From: an uncultured candidate division Zixibacteria bacterium
Lineage (GTDB): Bacteria; Zixibacteria; MSB-5A5; UBA10806
Assembly: GCA_963817915.1 (NCBI GenBank)
Contig: CAWFQL010000015.1
Coordinates: 1-31,151, forward strand
Direction of reading: 5' to 3'
DNA length: 31,151 nucleotides
In this document: piece by piece, positions 1-9,216 of the stretch
Position numbering within the stretch: position 1 is the first letter of the stretch
Layout of the letters: each line of letters opens with the position of its first letter
Position numbers and translations under genes: made by a program
The notes under the pieces: model-generated
Told to the model about the DNA's origin: nothing
Seen by the model: only the letters and a program-made list of their open reading frames with translations
Databases searched by the model: none

Positions 1-323
1 ACTTCGATAATCTACCCAAACTCCGCAAGCAACTTTCCAAAAAAGAAAAATCATGCTACTGGCTTTATAATGCGGTTACTATTCAATGGGATGGCGGCAT
101 CTTCCCATGCTGCTATGTGGCGAATAAGGGCGGCGTATCGCGCCAATATGGATCATTGGCTAGCAGCGAATTCAAGGAAATTTGGAATAGTTCTCAGTTT
201 ATCAAGGCGCGCCAATACTTCAAGGGCGGCGTAACATCGGATGATATTATTTGCTGCCAATGCCTTAGCCCGCCGGTCTTCTATACAACCGATGAGGATC
301 GCGACAAGCATATTTACGATTGA
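1..323 (+). CDS. Radical SAM/SPASM domain protein, 3' end only (5'-truncated by window)
   Basis: Frame 3 is open from position 3: ...SCYWLYNAVTIQWDGGIFPCCY...YGSL...FKEIWNS...CCQC..., the typical SPASM/twitch Fe-S motif; stop TGA at 321-323. Confidence 0.8.
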   Translation, partial: FDNLPKLRKQLSKKEKSCYWLYNAVTIQWDGGIFPCCYVANKGGVSRQYGSLASSEFKEIWNSSQFIKARQYFKGGVTSDDIICCQCLSPPVFYTTDEDRDKHIYD

Positions 324-441
324 TTGAAGGCAACTTAAATTATAGCCGAATATTATTTCAAGAAAATCGTTTGCCGTATCCGCGGCTCTGGCGTACAATA
401 AAATAATGGAAGCCAATATTGGAGAGGGGTATAATAGCCGG

Positions 442-2214
442 ATGAAGAAAATTGTTATTGCCTTGTCCGTTTTGTTTTTATGCTCGGCGGCTCTCGCCGA
501 TACACAGGATTATATCAAAGGCAAAGTCCTTCTGATAAAATCGCGAAACGCCTATTTCAATATCGGAGAAGGTGACGGCGTCGCTGTCGGCGAAAGTTAT
601 GAAATCTATTATGATAATCGGGTTGTCGCCAACGGCAAAATAGCATGGGTTGACAGGAGTATCTCGAAATCCGAGCCGCTCGATTCATTGACCGCCGCCG
701 ATATCAGTTATTATGAACCCCTCGTTGTGAAGATAAGAATGTTTGTCCCTCAGGCCAATCGAGGAGGTTATTTCAATGTCACACTTTTTTCGGAACCCAA
801 CCTCGAACCTGCTAATATTATTACACCTGATGACAAAATGGTCGCGAGATTAATCCATCGGGGATTAATTTCGAAAGATATCAATGGCAATTTCGTGCCT
901 GATATCGCGGGCGACTATGAAATCCGCGATTTGACCTATACCTTTTATATCGATCCCGAAGCGAAATTCCATTCGGGCAAACCAATAGAATCATCCGATA
1001 TATCATACTCATTCGAAAAACTGGCATCGTCTCCGAAACTTACCCCGGCAACATCGTTTATCCTGGAAATTAAAGGCGCGGATGAATTTCGAAATAATAT
1101 CAAGGGCGAGATTTCGGGAATTTTCATTATTGATAAAAAGACAATAGCGATTACGTTGATACGCCCATTTCCGAAATTTGAGGAATATCTGGCGGGACCG
1201 GGCGGGTATATTATTCCCAAAATGGATGCCGCGCTGTCAGGCGGCTACGATATAGGCGCGGGATTGTTCAAAGTGAAGTGGCGCAATCCTGAGGGGATAG
1301 TTTTAGACGCATTCACGGGCGCTAAGGAACTGCCTCTTTTGGATAGCATCAAATTCGTAAGATATAATAGTCTCAGCGAGGCCGGATTGGCGTTTGAACT
1401 GGGGAAGCTTGATTTAATTTCTATGCTTGGCGAGCCTCCTCCTAAATTTTTGGCCAGCGGCAATTATTCATCGCAGGATAAAAACACGATCTGCTCAGTT
1501 ATCCTGGGCGTCAATTGGAATCGACCTTATCAAAAAGGATATCTGCTTAGCAAAGCACTCTCATTTCTAATCGATAGGGAGACTCTGGTAAGGGTATTAT
1601 TGGGTGGAGAGGGTACTATTCCTACAGGTGCGATCCCCGGCTATGGCGGCGTGGTACCGATGCTGCAATCCGGATTTGTGCCGGATTCGGCTGATTTCTT
1701 TTTAAATTCTATCGCCAAGAAGCCATCATCGGTTACGCTTTATATCGATTCCGCGTATCCGGTGCTATTGAAAGTGGCACGTTTTATTGAAGGCCAGATT
1801 CAAAATAAGGGCATAGATGTTGTCGAGAAAACTGCTGATTTTTCGAGTATTCCCGAAAGCGCCAACAAATCCGATCTTGATCTATATCTGACTTATTACT
1901 GTCCAGTCGCTTCCGATCCTGACTGTATTTTATACCCGCTGTACAGTCCGGTGCTATCCGGCCAGTCCAATTATCTCTATTGCGACGATACCTTGTTTGC
2001 GGATTCACTGGAAATATTACGAAGCGCCGATGATCCCGCGAGAAGAGATGCTATAATTTATTATCTTGCCCAATCTTTGGGCAGCAACCCGCCAGCTGAG
2101 ATTTTGTATCTGCCACATATGCTTACATTGATGAAAGCCGATATCTCAGGTATCAAAAATGATCCTGCCGGTTTTGTGGATTTGCGCAAGTCATATCTGG
2201 AAACCCAGCGATGA
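442..2214 (+). CDS. Family 5 (peptide/nickel-type) extracellular solute-binding protein with an extra N-terminal beta domain
   Basis: Signal peptide MKKIVIALSVLFLCSAALA from ATG 442; SBP_bac_5-like motif GL...G.FVPDIA...TYTFYI....KFHSGKPI.SSDI.YSF; stop overlaps the next start (ATGA 2211-2214). Confidence 0.8.
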   Translation: MKKIVIALSVLFLCSAALADTQDYIKGKVLLIKSRNAYFNIGEGDGVAVGESYEIYYDNRVVANGKIAWVDRSISKSEPLDSLTAADISYYEPLVVKIRMFVPQANRGGYFNVTLFSEPNLEPANIITPDDKMVARLIHRGLISKDINGNFVPDIAGDYEIRDLTYTFYIDPEAKFHSGKPIESSDISYSFEKLASSPKLTPATSFILEIKGADEFRNNIKGEISGIFIIDKKTIAITLIRPFPKFEEYLAGPGGYIIPKMDAALSGGYDIGAGLFKVKWRNPEGIVLDAFTGAKELPLLDSIKFVRYNSLSEAGLAFELGKLDLISMLGEPPPKFLASGNYSSQDKNTICSVILGVNWNRPYQKGYLLSKALSFLIDRETLVRVLLGGEGTIPTGAIPGYGGVVPMLQSGFVPDSADFFLNSIAKKPSSVTLYIDSAYPVLLKVARFIEGQIQNKGIDVVEKTADFSSIPESANKSDLDLYLTYYCPVASDPDCILYPLYSPVLSGQSNYLYCDDTLFADSLEILRSADDPARRDAIIYYLAQSLGSNPPAEILYLPHMLTLMKADISGIKNDPAGFVDLRKSYLETQR

Positions 2215-3944
2215 AACTTCGATTGAAAATAATCATGCTTTTGACCGTCGCGGCGGTCCTGCCGCTTATCGCGGTCTTTATTTCGATGACAATCTACGCC
2301 AATCGGCAGCGCGATTCGCTTGTTAATATGAAGCTGAATAATGTCTATAGCGGCGCGGTCGGCTCATACGAACGAATCGGGCAATCGATTCTTTCTCAGA
2401 TGGAGCATCTCGCCACTGATCAGACATTAACACGCTACCTCCTCGTAAAAGACGATGCCGGATATATCGATCAGCAGGGCTTAATTGATTTTGTTTCCAG
2501 GATGCAGCAGCTTCTCAATCTGGATTATCTGGTTCTTGTCGGGCCCGATGGTAAGGTATTGGCACGCGGCCACGACCCCGGTTTCTTCGGAGACAATATT
2601 TCAAGCGATCCATTTTTTGCCGACGCCCTCAAAGGTCAGAAAGCCCAATCGCTGAGCAAGACCAAAATCGGTGGCAGCGACGTATTGACAGTCCTGGCCG
2701 CGACGCCGGTATGGTTTGAGAATAGCGAAATGATAGCCTCTATAGTCGGCGGACGAACTATCAATGAGGATTTTTGCCGCAATCTCAAAGACTTGTCGGG
2801 CGCGGAAATTCTATTGGTCGAAGACAATACGTTAATTGCCAAAACTCTGGCAGGACGCGTCGATGAGCTAATGCTCTATCTACAAAAGAGCGATAATTAT
2901 CGAACTCAAGTGCAGGGATTCTGGTACACATTCGCGAAATATCCGCTCAAAGATTTTTCGGGCAATGAGATTGCCGAACTACTGATGGGAGTCTCGACTT
3001 ACGATCTCGATATGTCATTCAATAACATTCGAATCATTTACGGCAGTCTGGCATTCGGTGGTTTATTAATGGCGATAATACTTGGAATTGTTTTTACGTC
3101 GGGAATCACGAGACCTGTCGAGGAATTGACCCGCGCCGCCGATAGATTGGCGGTGAATGATTTTTCCGCGAGAGTTAGTTATGAGAGTGGTGGAGAACTT
3201 GGCAACTTGATAGATACATTCAATAGCATGGCCGAGGATCTCGAGAGCAATCGGCGCAAGATGGTCGAAAGCGAACGGCTGCAAGCATTCACACAAATGG
3301 CTCGCAAGGTTGCCCACGAAATCAAAAATCCGCTCACACCTATCAGGATCGCAATAGAAGATCTTCGCCGGGCGGAGGCGGCATCTGACCCGAATTTCAA
3401 GGAGTCATTTGACCGATCAACTAAGACGGTATTGGAGGAAGTCACTGCCTTAACCAGAATTGTCGATGAGTTTTCGGAATTCGCAAGATTCCCATCGCCA
3501 CAGATGAAGCCTGAGGATTTGAATGATATAGTTCTGGCCGCCACCGCTTTATTCCCAATGGAAATATCACAGGGGATAGTAAAAACCGAATTGACTCAAA
3601 AGCAAATTCCGGTTTTGGCGGATAAAGACCAAATCAAGCGGGCTATCATGAATCTAATTAAAAACGCTGTTGAAGCCATTCCGGAAACTGGAAGAATCAT
3701 AGTAAAGACGACTCTTTCCGAAACAAAGGCTCTGGTCGTGATAAAAGACAATGGCCCCGGGCTATCCTCGCAGGCCAAGCAGAATTTGTTCAATCCATAT
3801 TTTACCACAAAGCCGCGAGGCTCGGGGTTAGGCCTGGTCATTGTGAAAAAGATTATAGGTGAGCATGATGGCAGTATCATGATTGCTGATTCAGCCGATG
3901 GCGGAGCCGAGGCGGCGATTAGTCTGCCTTTGCGCAGGCTATAG
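2211..3944 (+). CDS. NtrY-like sensor histidine kinase (TM, Cache-like, TM, HAMP, HisKA, HATPase)
   Basis: H-box MARKVAHEIKNPLTPI, N-box NLIKNAVEA, G boxes DNGPG and GSGLGL, HAMP-like segment PVEELTRAADRLA...ELGNLIDTFNSM, two TM segments. Confidence 0.92.
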   Translation: MKLRLKIIMLLTVAAVLPLIAVFISMTIYANRQRDSLVNMKLNNVYSGAVGSYERIGQSILSQMEHLATDQTLTRYLLVKDDAGYIDQQGLIDFVSRMQQLLNLDYLVLVGPDGKVLARGHDPGFFGDNISSDPFFADALKGQKAQSLSKTKIGGSDVLTVLAATPVWFENSEMIASIVGGRTINEDFCRNLKDLSGAEILLVEDNTLIAKTLAGRVDELMLYLQKSDNYRTQVQGFWYTFAKYPLKDFSGNEIAELLMGVSTYDLDMSFNNIRIIYGSLAFGGLLMAIILGIVFTSGITRPVEELTRAADRLAVNDFSARVSYESGGELGNLIDTFNSMAEDLESNRRKMVESERLQAFTQMARKVAHEIKNPLTPIRIAIEDLRRAEAASDPNFKESFDRSTKTVLEEVTALTRIVDEFSEFARFPSPQMKPEDLNDIVLAATALFPMEISQGIVKTELTQKQIPVLADKDQIKRAIMNLIKNAVEAIPETGRIIVKTTLSETKALVVIKDNGPGLSSQAKQNLFNPYFTTKPRGSGLGLVIVKKIIGEHDGSIMIADSADGGAEAAISLPLRRL

Positions 3945-3960
3945 CATTACCTGGTAAATT

Positions 3961-5316
3961 ATGAAAATATTGATCGTCGATGACGAGCCCAATATCCTGG
4001 CATCACTAAAACCGGCGCTGGAACGGATGGGATACGACGTCATAATAGCCCAGGCATTCGGCCAGGCCGAGGCGCTGCTCAATGATTCTATTGATATCGC
4101 CATGTTGGATGTCTGGCTGGGTGATAGAGACGGTATCGAGCTTCTCGGGCTAATCAAGAAGAAGCATCCGCGAATCGAATGCATCATGATTTCCGGCCAT
4201 GCTCAGATCGAGACCGCGGTCGCGGCGGTCAAATCCGGCGCTTATGATTTTCTGGAAAAACCGCTTTCGCTCGATAGGATCGATGTGCTTTTATCTAATC
4301 TCTCACGTTTGAAAAAGCTTGAACATGAGCGAGACGAGCTCCGCCTAAAGCTCGGCGGCGATGACCAGCTAATCGGCGAATCGCAGGCAATAAAAACACT
4401 CAAAAATACAATCAAGCGAATCGCCCCCGAAGATTCGAGAATCCTCATCACCGGCGAAAACGGGACAGGCAAGGAACTGGCGGCGCATTTAATTCATCGA
4501 AATTCAACCAGAAGCAACGGCCCGTTTTTAGCAATCAATTGCGCGGCGTTACCCGATGAGCTTATCGAATCCGAATTGTTCGGCTATGAGAAGGGCGCAT
4601 TCACAGGTGCGGTAAAATCAAAGCCTGGAAAATTTGAACTTGCTATGGGCGGAACTCTTTTTCTCGATGAGATAGGGGAGACCGCTCAAAAAACCCAGGC
4701 CAAGCTTCTGCGGGCGGTGGAGGAGGGCGTTATCACTCATCTCGGCGGAACTGCAGAAATAAAAACCGATGTCAGAGTGATATCTGCCACCAACAAAGAT
4801 TTGAAGAAGATGGTTGCCGATGGGAAATTTCGCGAGGACCTTTTCTATAGGCTGGCAGTTTTGATAGTCGAGATACCCGCGTTGCGCGAACGGCGGGATG
4901 ATATTCCACTACTGGTTCAATATTTCGCCGATCGATTTTGCCATCAGCGGGGCCGTCCCGCCCGAAAATTCGATAAGTCGGCGATGGAGATATTTCGCCA
5001 TTATACTTACCCGGGCAATATCAGGGAATTGGCAAATTATATCGAGCGAGTTCTGATATTAACAGAATCTGAAATTGTATCTTCATTGGAAATAGAAAAT
5101 ATCCTTCCCCATCTCAATAGCATCGATCCACAGGGTACATTGAAAGAAGTGTCCGAGCAATTCGAACGGGATTATATCCGAAAAGTGATAACCCGTTCCA
5201 ACGGCAATATGACATCAGCCGCCGAGGCGCTTGGATTGGAGCGCAGCCATCTATATAAGAAGATGAAATTGCTTGGTATGGAGAGTAAGGGAAAAGATAA
5301 TTCTGAGCCGCAGTAA
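3961..5316 (+). CDS. Sigma-54-dependent response regulator, NtrC/NtrX family
   Basis: Receiver (ILIVDDE, LDVWL, FLEKP); AAA+ Walker A GENGTGKE, intact GAFTGA loop, [16 protein letters not shown]-terminal Fis-type HTH. Confidence 0.95.
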   Translation: MKILIVDDEPNILASLKPALERMGYDVIIAQAFGQAEALLNDSIDIAMLDVWLGDRDGIELLGLIKKKHPRIECIMISGHAQIETAVAAVKSGAYDFLEKPLSLDRIDVLLSNLSRLKKLEHERDELRLKLGGDDQLIGESQAIKTLKNTIKRIAPEDSRILITGENGTGKELAAHLIHRNSTRSNGPFLAINCAALPDELIESELFGYEKGAFTGAVKSKPGKFELAMGGTLFLDEIGETAQKTQAKLLRAVEEGVITHLGGTAEIKTDVRVISATNKDLKKMVADGKFREDLFYRLAVLIVEIPALRERRDDIPLLVQYFADRFCHQRGRPARKFDKSAMEIFRHYTYPGNIRELANYIERVLILTESEIVSSLEIENILPHLNSIDPQGTLKEVSEQFERDYIRKVITRSNGNMTSAAEALGLERSHLYKKMKLLGMESKGKDNSEPQ

Positions 5317-5383
5317 AATTAGATAATTAGAATATTAATTCGCCCTGCATAATACGCATTTAAATTAAATCAAAATTCAAATT

Positions 5384-6346
5384 TTATGGTACGATGCAAG
5401 TACCTGCCTTGCCCTTGACCGCGTCGAACCCTTTTTCGATGGAAGTAATAATTACTTTCTTACCGCCATTTTTCAAAAATTCGATTGCGGCATCGATTTT
5501 GGGGCCCATTGAGCCCGCGGGGAATTGGCCTTGAGCACGGTAGGCCAAAAATTCGGCCAGAGTGGCTTTCTCAATATTCTTTTGATCCGGCTTGCCAAAA
5601 TTGATGGCTACTCTTTCAATATCTGTTAAGATAATTAATAACTCGGCCTCTATATCTCTCGCAAGCACCGCTGACGCCAGATCCTTATCAATAACCGCGT
5701 CAACTCCGAATAGCTGACCATCTTTTTTGATCACGGGAATTCCGCCGCCGCCCGCCGCGATTACAATCGTATTCATTTCAACCAGCGTTTTGATCGTATT
5801 CGATTCGACTATGCTTCTCGGTTTCGGTGATGGGACAACCCGCCGCCATCTTTTATCGCCGGGGAATTGCTTGATTTTCTGCCATCCCATTTCGGCGGAT
5901 AATTTTTCGGCCTCTGCTTTTTCATAAAATTGACCTATGAATTTCGTCGGGTCTGCGAATGCCGGATCGTTTTCATCGACCAGCACCTGCGAAATCAATG
6001 TCACCACTGGTCGTTCGATATTTTCTTGCTTGAGTCGGTTTTGAAGGCTCTGCTCGATCATGAAGCCCATCCCGCCCTGAAGATCGGCGACACAAATATT
6101 GAGAGGCAACACTGGAACTCGTCCTCTGGAAAGCTCTACACGCATCAGGGCATTGCCGACCTGCGGGCCGTTGCCGTGAGTGAGGGCTAGCTGGTAGCCG
6201 TCCTTTATCAATTCAACTATAGAGCCGACGCTTGCTTCAGTATTCTGAAATTGACTTGAAATCGTATCGAGATGATCCCGCATTGAGATGGCATTGCCGC
6301 CTAATGCAACCACCGCTCTTTTTTTGCCATTGGAATTATTATTCAA
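5384..6346 (-). CDS. arcC: Carbamate kinase
   Basis: VVALGGNA, THGNGPQVG, PTKFIG, WRRVVPSPKP, GGGGIPV, AVIDKD, GSMGPK motifs; start TTG 6346 chosen for the upstream GAGGTGA SD. Confidence 0.95.
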   Translation of the reverse strand: MNNNSNGKKRAVVALGGNAISMRDHLDTISSQFQNTEASVGSIVELIKDGYQLALTHGNGPQVGNALMRVELSRGRVPVLPLNICVADLQGGMGFMIEQSLQNRLKQENIERPVVTLISQVLVDENDPAFADPTKFIGQFYEKAEAEKLSAEMGWQKIKQFPGDKRWRRVVPSPKPRSIVESNTIKTLVEMNTIVIAAGGGGIPVIKKDGQLFGVDAVIDKDLASAVLARDIEAELLIILTDIERVAINFGKPDQKNIEKATLAEFLAYRAQGQFPAGSMGPKIDAAIEFLKNGGKKVIITSIEKGFDAVKGKAGTCIVP

Positions 6347-6417
6347 ATCATCACCTCTAAAATCCTTCAATATTTATATCGACCGCAACCGCCAAAAGAT
6401 TCATCATTTAAAATCTT

Positions 6418-6441
6418 TAGGGGCGCCGTGCTGAACGCCCC
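6418..6441. repeat. Degenerate REP-like hairpin between arcE-like gene and arcC
   Basis: TA + GGGGCG(6420-6425)-10 nt loop-CGCCCC(6436-6441). Confidence 0.4.
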
Positions 6442-6511
6442 CAATATTTCTACCATCCAAATCGAAATTTCCACCTAAGTGAAAAATGACTTATATGGGA
6501 TTATTATGTTT

Positions 6512-7870
6512 CTATGCCTTTATCTTCTTTCCCTTGCTCTGAGCTTTTTTGCTCTCGCTGAAGAAATCAGCCAAAACATCAGTCAGGTTTGGCATTCCAA
6601 TTTCCTGTAATTCATATCCGACAACAACAGATGGCTTATTGATTTTGATAATCTTGCCAAGGTTGATTGGTGTGGCGATTATGACGGCATCGCATTTGGT
6701 GCGATTGATAGTAGTTTCAAGGTCCTTAACTTGCTTGGGGCCATAGCCCATAGCCGGGAGCAATGTCCCGATTGCGGGATATTTCTCGTATGTTTCTGTA
6801 ATAGACGCCACCGTATAGGGACGTGGATCTACAAGGCTCGATGCCCCGAATTTCTGGGCGGCAACCACTCCCGCGCCGTATGACATCTCGCCGTGAGTGA
6901 GAGTCGGTCCATCCTCGACAACAAGTACTTTCTTGTCCTTAATCAGTTCTGGTCGGTCTACTGATATCGGTGACGCCGCCTCGACTACGATCGCCTTGGG
7001 ATTCAGACGGCGGATAGAATTGCGCACTTTCTCGATACCATCGGCGGGCGCGGTATCGATCTTATTGATTATGGCGACATCGGCCAATAATAGATTCGCC
7101 TCACTGGGATAATATAATGTTTCATGACCTGCGCGATGCGGGTCAAGAACAGTTATATGCAGATCGGGCAGGAAGAACGGCAGGTCGTTGTTGCCGCCAT
7201 CCCATAGGACTACGTCGGCTTCCGATTCAGCGTTGCGGAGAATCACTTCGTAATCGACTCCGGCATAGACAACCTGACCGCGGACAATATGCGGCTCGTA
7301 TTCTTCGCGCTCTTCGATTGTGCATTTGTGTTTTACTAAATCCTGTAATGTGGCGAATCTCTGGCAGATCTGCTTGGTGAGATCGCCGTATGGCATTGGA
7401 TGACGAACCACCGCCGTCTTGAGTCCCATGCCTTTTAGTATTTCGCAGACCTTCCGTGTTGTTTGCGATTTCCCCGCGCCGGTGCGCACGGCACAGACCG
7501 CAATCACAGTCTTCTTCGGTCGTAACATCGAATGATACCCGCCGATTAATTTGAAATCGGCGCCGATAGCATTGACCATGGCGGCTTTCGACATCACATA
7601 ATTATAGCTGACATCCGAATATGAAAACACGACTTCATCGATCTTGTGTTTGACCAGCAACGCCGGCAGATCCGATTCTGGATATATCGGTATGCCCTTG
7701 GGATAAAATTTGCCTGCCAATTTCGACGGATATTTTCGTCCCGCTATGTCGGGGATCTGTGTTGCGGTGAATGCCACTACCTCACAATCTTTATTGTCTC
7801 TATACAGGACATTGAAATTATGGAAATCCCTTCCGGCGGCTCCCATTATCAGTATTCTTTTCCTGCTCAT
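6512..7870 (-). CDS. arcE: COG2403 'predicted GTPase'/cyclic 2,3-diphosphoglycerate synthetase-like protein; probable arginine synthetase (ArcE)
   Basis: Family motifs MGAAGRDFHNFN, AVRTGAGKSQT (P-loop), RHPMPYG, TIEEREEYEPH, WDGGNND, VEDGPTLTHG, LPAMGY; adjacent to carbamate kinase; ATG 7870 with GAGGTG SD. Confidence 0.8.
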   Translation of the reverse strand: MSRKRILIMGAAGRDFHNFNVLYRDNKDCEVVAFTATQIPDIAGRKYPSKLAGKFYPKGIPIYPESDLPALLVKHKIDEVVFSYSDVSYNYVMSKAAMVNAIGADFKLIGGYHSMLRPKKTVIAVCAVRTGAGKSQTTRKVCEILKGMGLKTAVVRHPMPYGDLTKQICQRFATLQDLVKHKCTIEEREEYEPHIVRGQVVYAGVDYEVILRNAESEADVVLWDGGNNDLPFFLPDLHITVLDPHRAGHETLYYPSEANLLLADVAIINKIDTAPADGIEKVRNSIRRLNPKAIVVEAASPISVDRPELIKDKKVLVVEDGPTLTHGEMSYGAGVVAAQKFGASSLVDPRPYTVASITETYEKYPAIGTLLPAMGYGPKQVKDLETTINRTKCDAVIIATPINLGKIIKINKPSVVVGYELQEIGMPNLTDVLADFFSESKKAQSKGKKIKA

Positions 7871-8014
7871 AAACACCTCAAACTTATCTGCGACGCAGAT
7901 AAATACGGTTATAAATGTTGCTAAACTACTAGTGAAAAATCATTTGATGGCCCATGCCAGCCATCACGGCAGGAAAGAATCAATGGTCAAAAAGCTTCTT
8001 AGACCAATATCTCA

Positions 8015-8050
8015 TATGCAATATATAATGCATAAACGTCTATATGTCAA
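8015..8050 (-). promoter_or_regulatory. Putative sigma-70 promoter of arcE-arcC with overlapping palindromic operator
   Basis: TTGACA (minus, 8045-8050), 17 bp, TATATA; palindrome TATGCA-N8-TGCATA at 8015-8034. Confidence 0.5.
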
Positions 8051-8076
8051 CAGCTTTGTGCTATCAACCAGCAATA

Positions 8077-8149
8077 GTAGGGCGGAACCCCCGCGGTTCC
8101 GCCGGTTTGTGGCAAAAAAAGAGTCCGAACCGCATGGGTTCGGACCTAC
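8077..8149. repeat. Inverted pair of GTAG-type REP elements (REP doublet)
   Basis: GTAG-GGCGGAACC-CCCGC-GGTTCCGCC (+, 8077-8103) and GTAG-GTCCGAACC-CATGC-GGTTCGGAC (-, 8123-8149), with compensatory stem changes. Confidence 0.75.
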
Positions 8150-8209
8150 TTAACTGCGACCGCATTACCCGCCCTTGCGGTCAAAGCAAGCATTGGCACG
8201 CACGCGAAA

Positions 8210-8935
8210 TTATTTCCCACAGGCGGGGCATTTCGGATTTGGAGAAATCTCGAGAGTATCCCAGGCCATGGAATTGCCATCGAATATGAACAGCCTATTG
8301 GCAGCAGGATTTTTTTTCGAAATCAGATATTTCAATGCCATTATAGCCTCGAATGATCCGATCATCCCCGGCAACGCTCCAAACACCGGTACCGGCTTCT
8401 GCCCCTGTTTTATTTCAGACATTATACAAGCTAAACAAGCAGTCTTCGGCGGATTGAAAAATGCGGCCTGGCCCTGCCACTCATTTATGGCTCCATAGAC
8501 ATAAGGGATATTTAAGGCAATAGATGCCTGATTTAAGAGCAGTCTATCGGCGTGATTATCGAGGCCATCGATTATTAGATCACAGGCGACAGCCATCGAG
8601 TTTATATTGTCGGGCGCGATTTTATCGAATATCGGCTCGATCTTAATATCGGGATTGAGGGATATTAATCGTTTCTTAGCTAATTCAGCTTTCAATTGGC
8701 CAATGTCACCCTTTGAAAATAATATCTGGCGGTTGAGATTCGATTCCTCGACTTTATCATGATCGCAGATTCTGATTGCCCCAATACCAGCCGTTGCTAA
8801 ATACGTCGCGGCTACCCCACCGAGTCCGCCCGCGCCGACTATTAATACTCGCGCGGCTTTAAGCCTCTCCTGATCCCATCCGTCGATTATCATCTGACGT
8901 TGGTACCGGGCGAGCTCTGATTTTGATAATGACAT
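8210..8935 (-). CDS. moeB: MoeB/ThiF/HesA family adenylyltransferase
   Basis: RYQRQ, VLIVGAGGLG, DHDKVEESNLNRQ, CLAC and terminal CPAC Zn motifs; follows a MoaD-like gene in the AOR operon. Confidence 0.88.
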   Translation of the reverse strand: MSLSKSELARYQRQMIIDGWDQERLKAARVLIVGAGGLGGVAATYLATAGIGAIRICDHDKVEESNLNRQILFSKGDIGQLKAELAKKRLISLNPDIKIEPIFDKIAPDNINSMAVACDLIIDGLDNHADRLLLNQASIALNIPYVYGAINEWQGQAAFFNPPKTACLACIMSEIKQGQKPVPVFGALPGMIGSFEAIMALKYLISKKNPAANRLFIFDGNSMAWDTLEISPNPKCPACGK

Positions 8936-8949
8936 ATTTCTAACTTTGG

Positions 8950-9190
8950 TTATCCGCCTGAAACCGGCGGCTGAAGAATAATAGTCTCGCCATGCGTTGG
9001 CACATACGAAAAATCTTTAACCTGACCGCGGACATATATGAATGCCACGAATGATTGGTCGATATCGATTAATTTCAATATATCTGCCATCGATTTTCCA
9101 TCCGTCGATTTCTACTTTGCGGGTATAAAAATCAATATCGGGATTCAATCGAACGCGTAGCTGACCGCCTGCTTTAATGAATACCATCAT
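8950..9190 (-). CDS. moaD: MoaD/ThiS-family sulfur carrier protein (not in ORF track; +1 frameshift near 9102)
   Basis: MMVFIKAGGQLRVRLNPDIDFYTRKVEID / DGKSMADILKLIDIDQSFVAFIYVRGQVKDFSYVPTHGETIILQPPVSGG*; diagnostic C-terminal GG; removing one C at 9102-9103 restores the frame. Confidence 0.8.
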
Positions 9191-9216
9191 GGCAGAATTC
9201 CTAAAACGCTTTTGGT

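Noticed and set aside
5317..5383. Intrinsic terminator between the convergent regulator and arcC
   Set aside because: The gap is AT-rich with no convincing GC stem and U-tract.
8158..8182. Hairpin GACCGCA-11-TGCGGTC as moeB terminator
   Set aside because: No U-tract follows it on the minus strand and there is no GTAG flank; left uncalled.
7646..8498. Plus-strand ORFs 7646-7924, 7710-8153, 8044-8289, 8175-8498
   Set aside because: They are antisense shadows of arcE/moeB or run through REP and promoter DNA, with no recognisable motifs.
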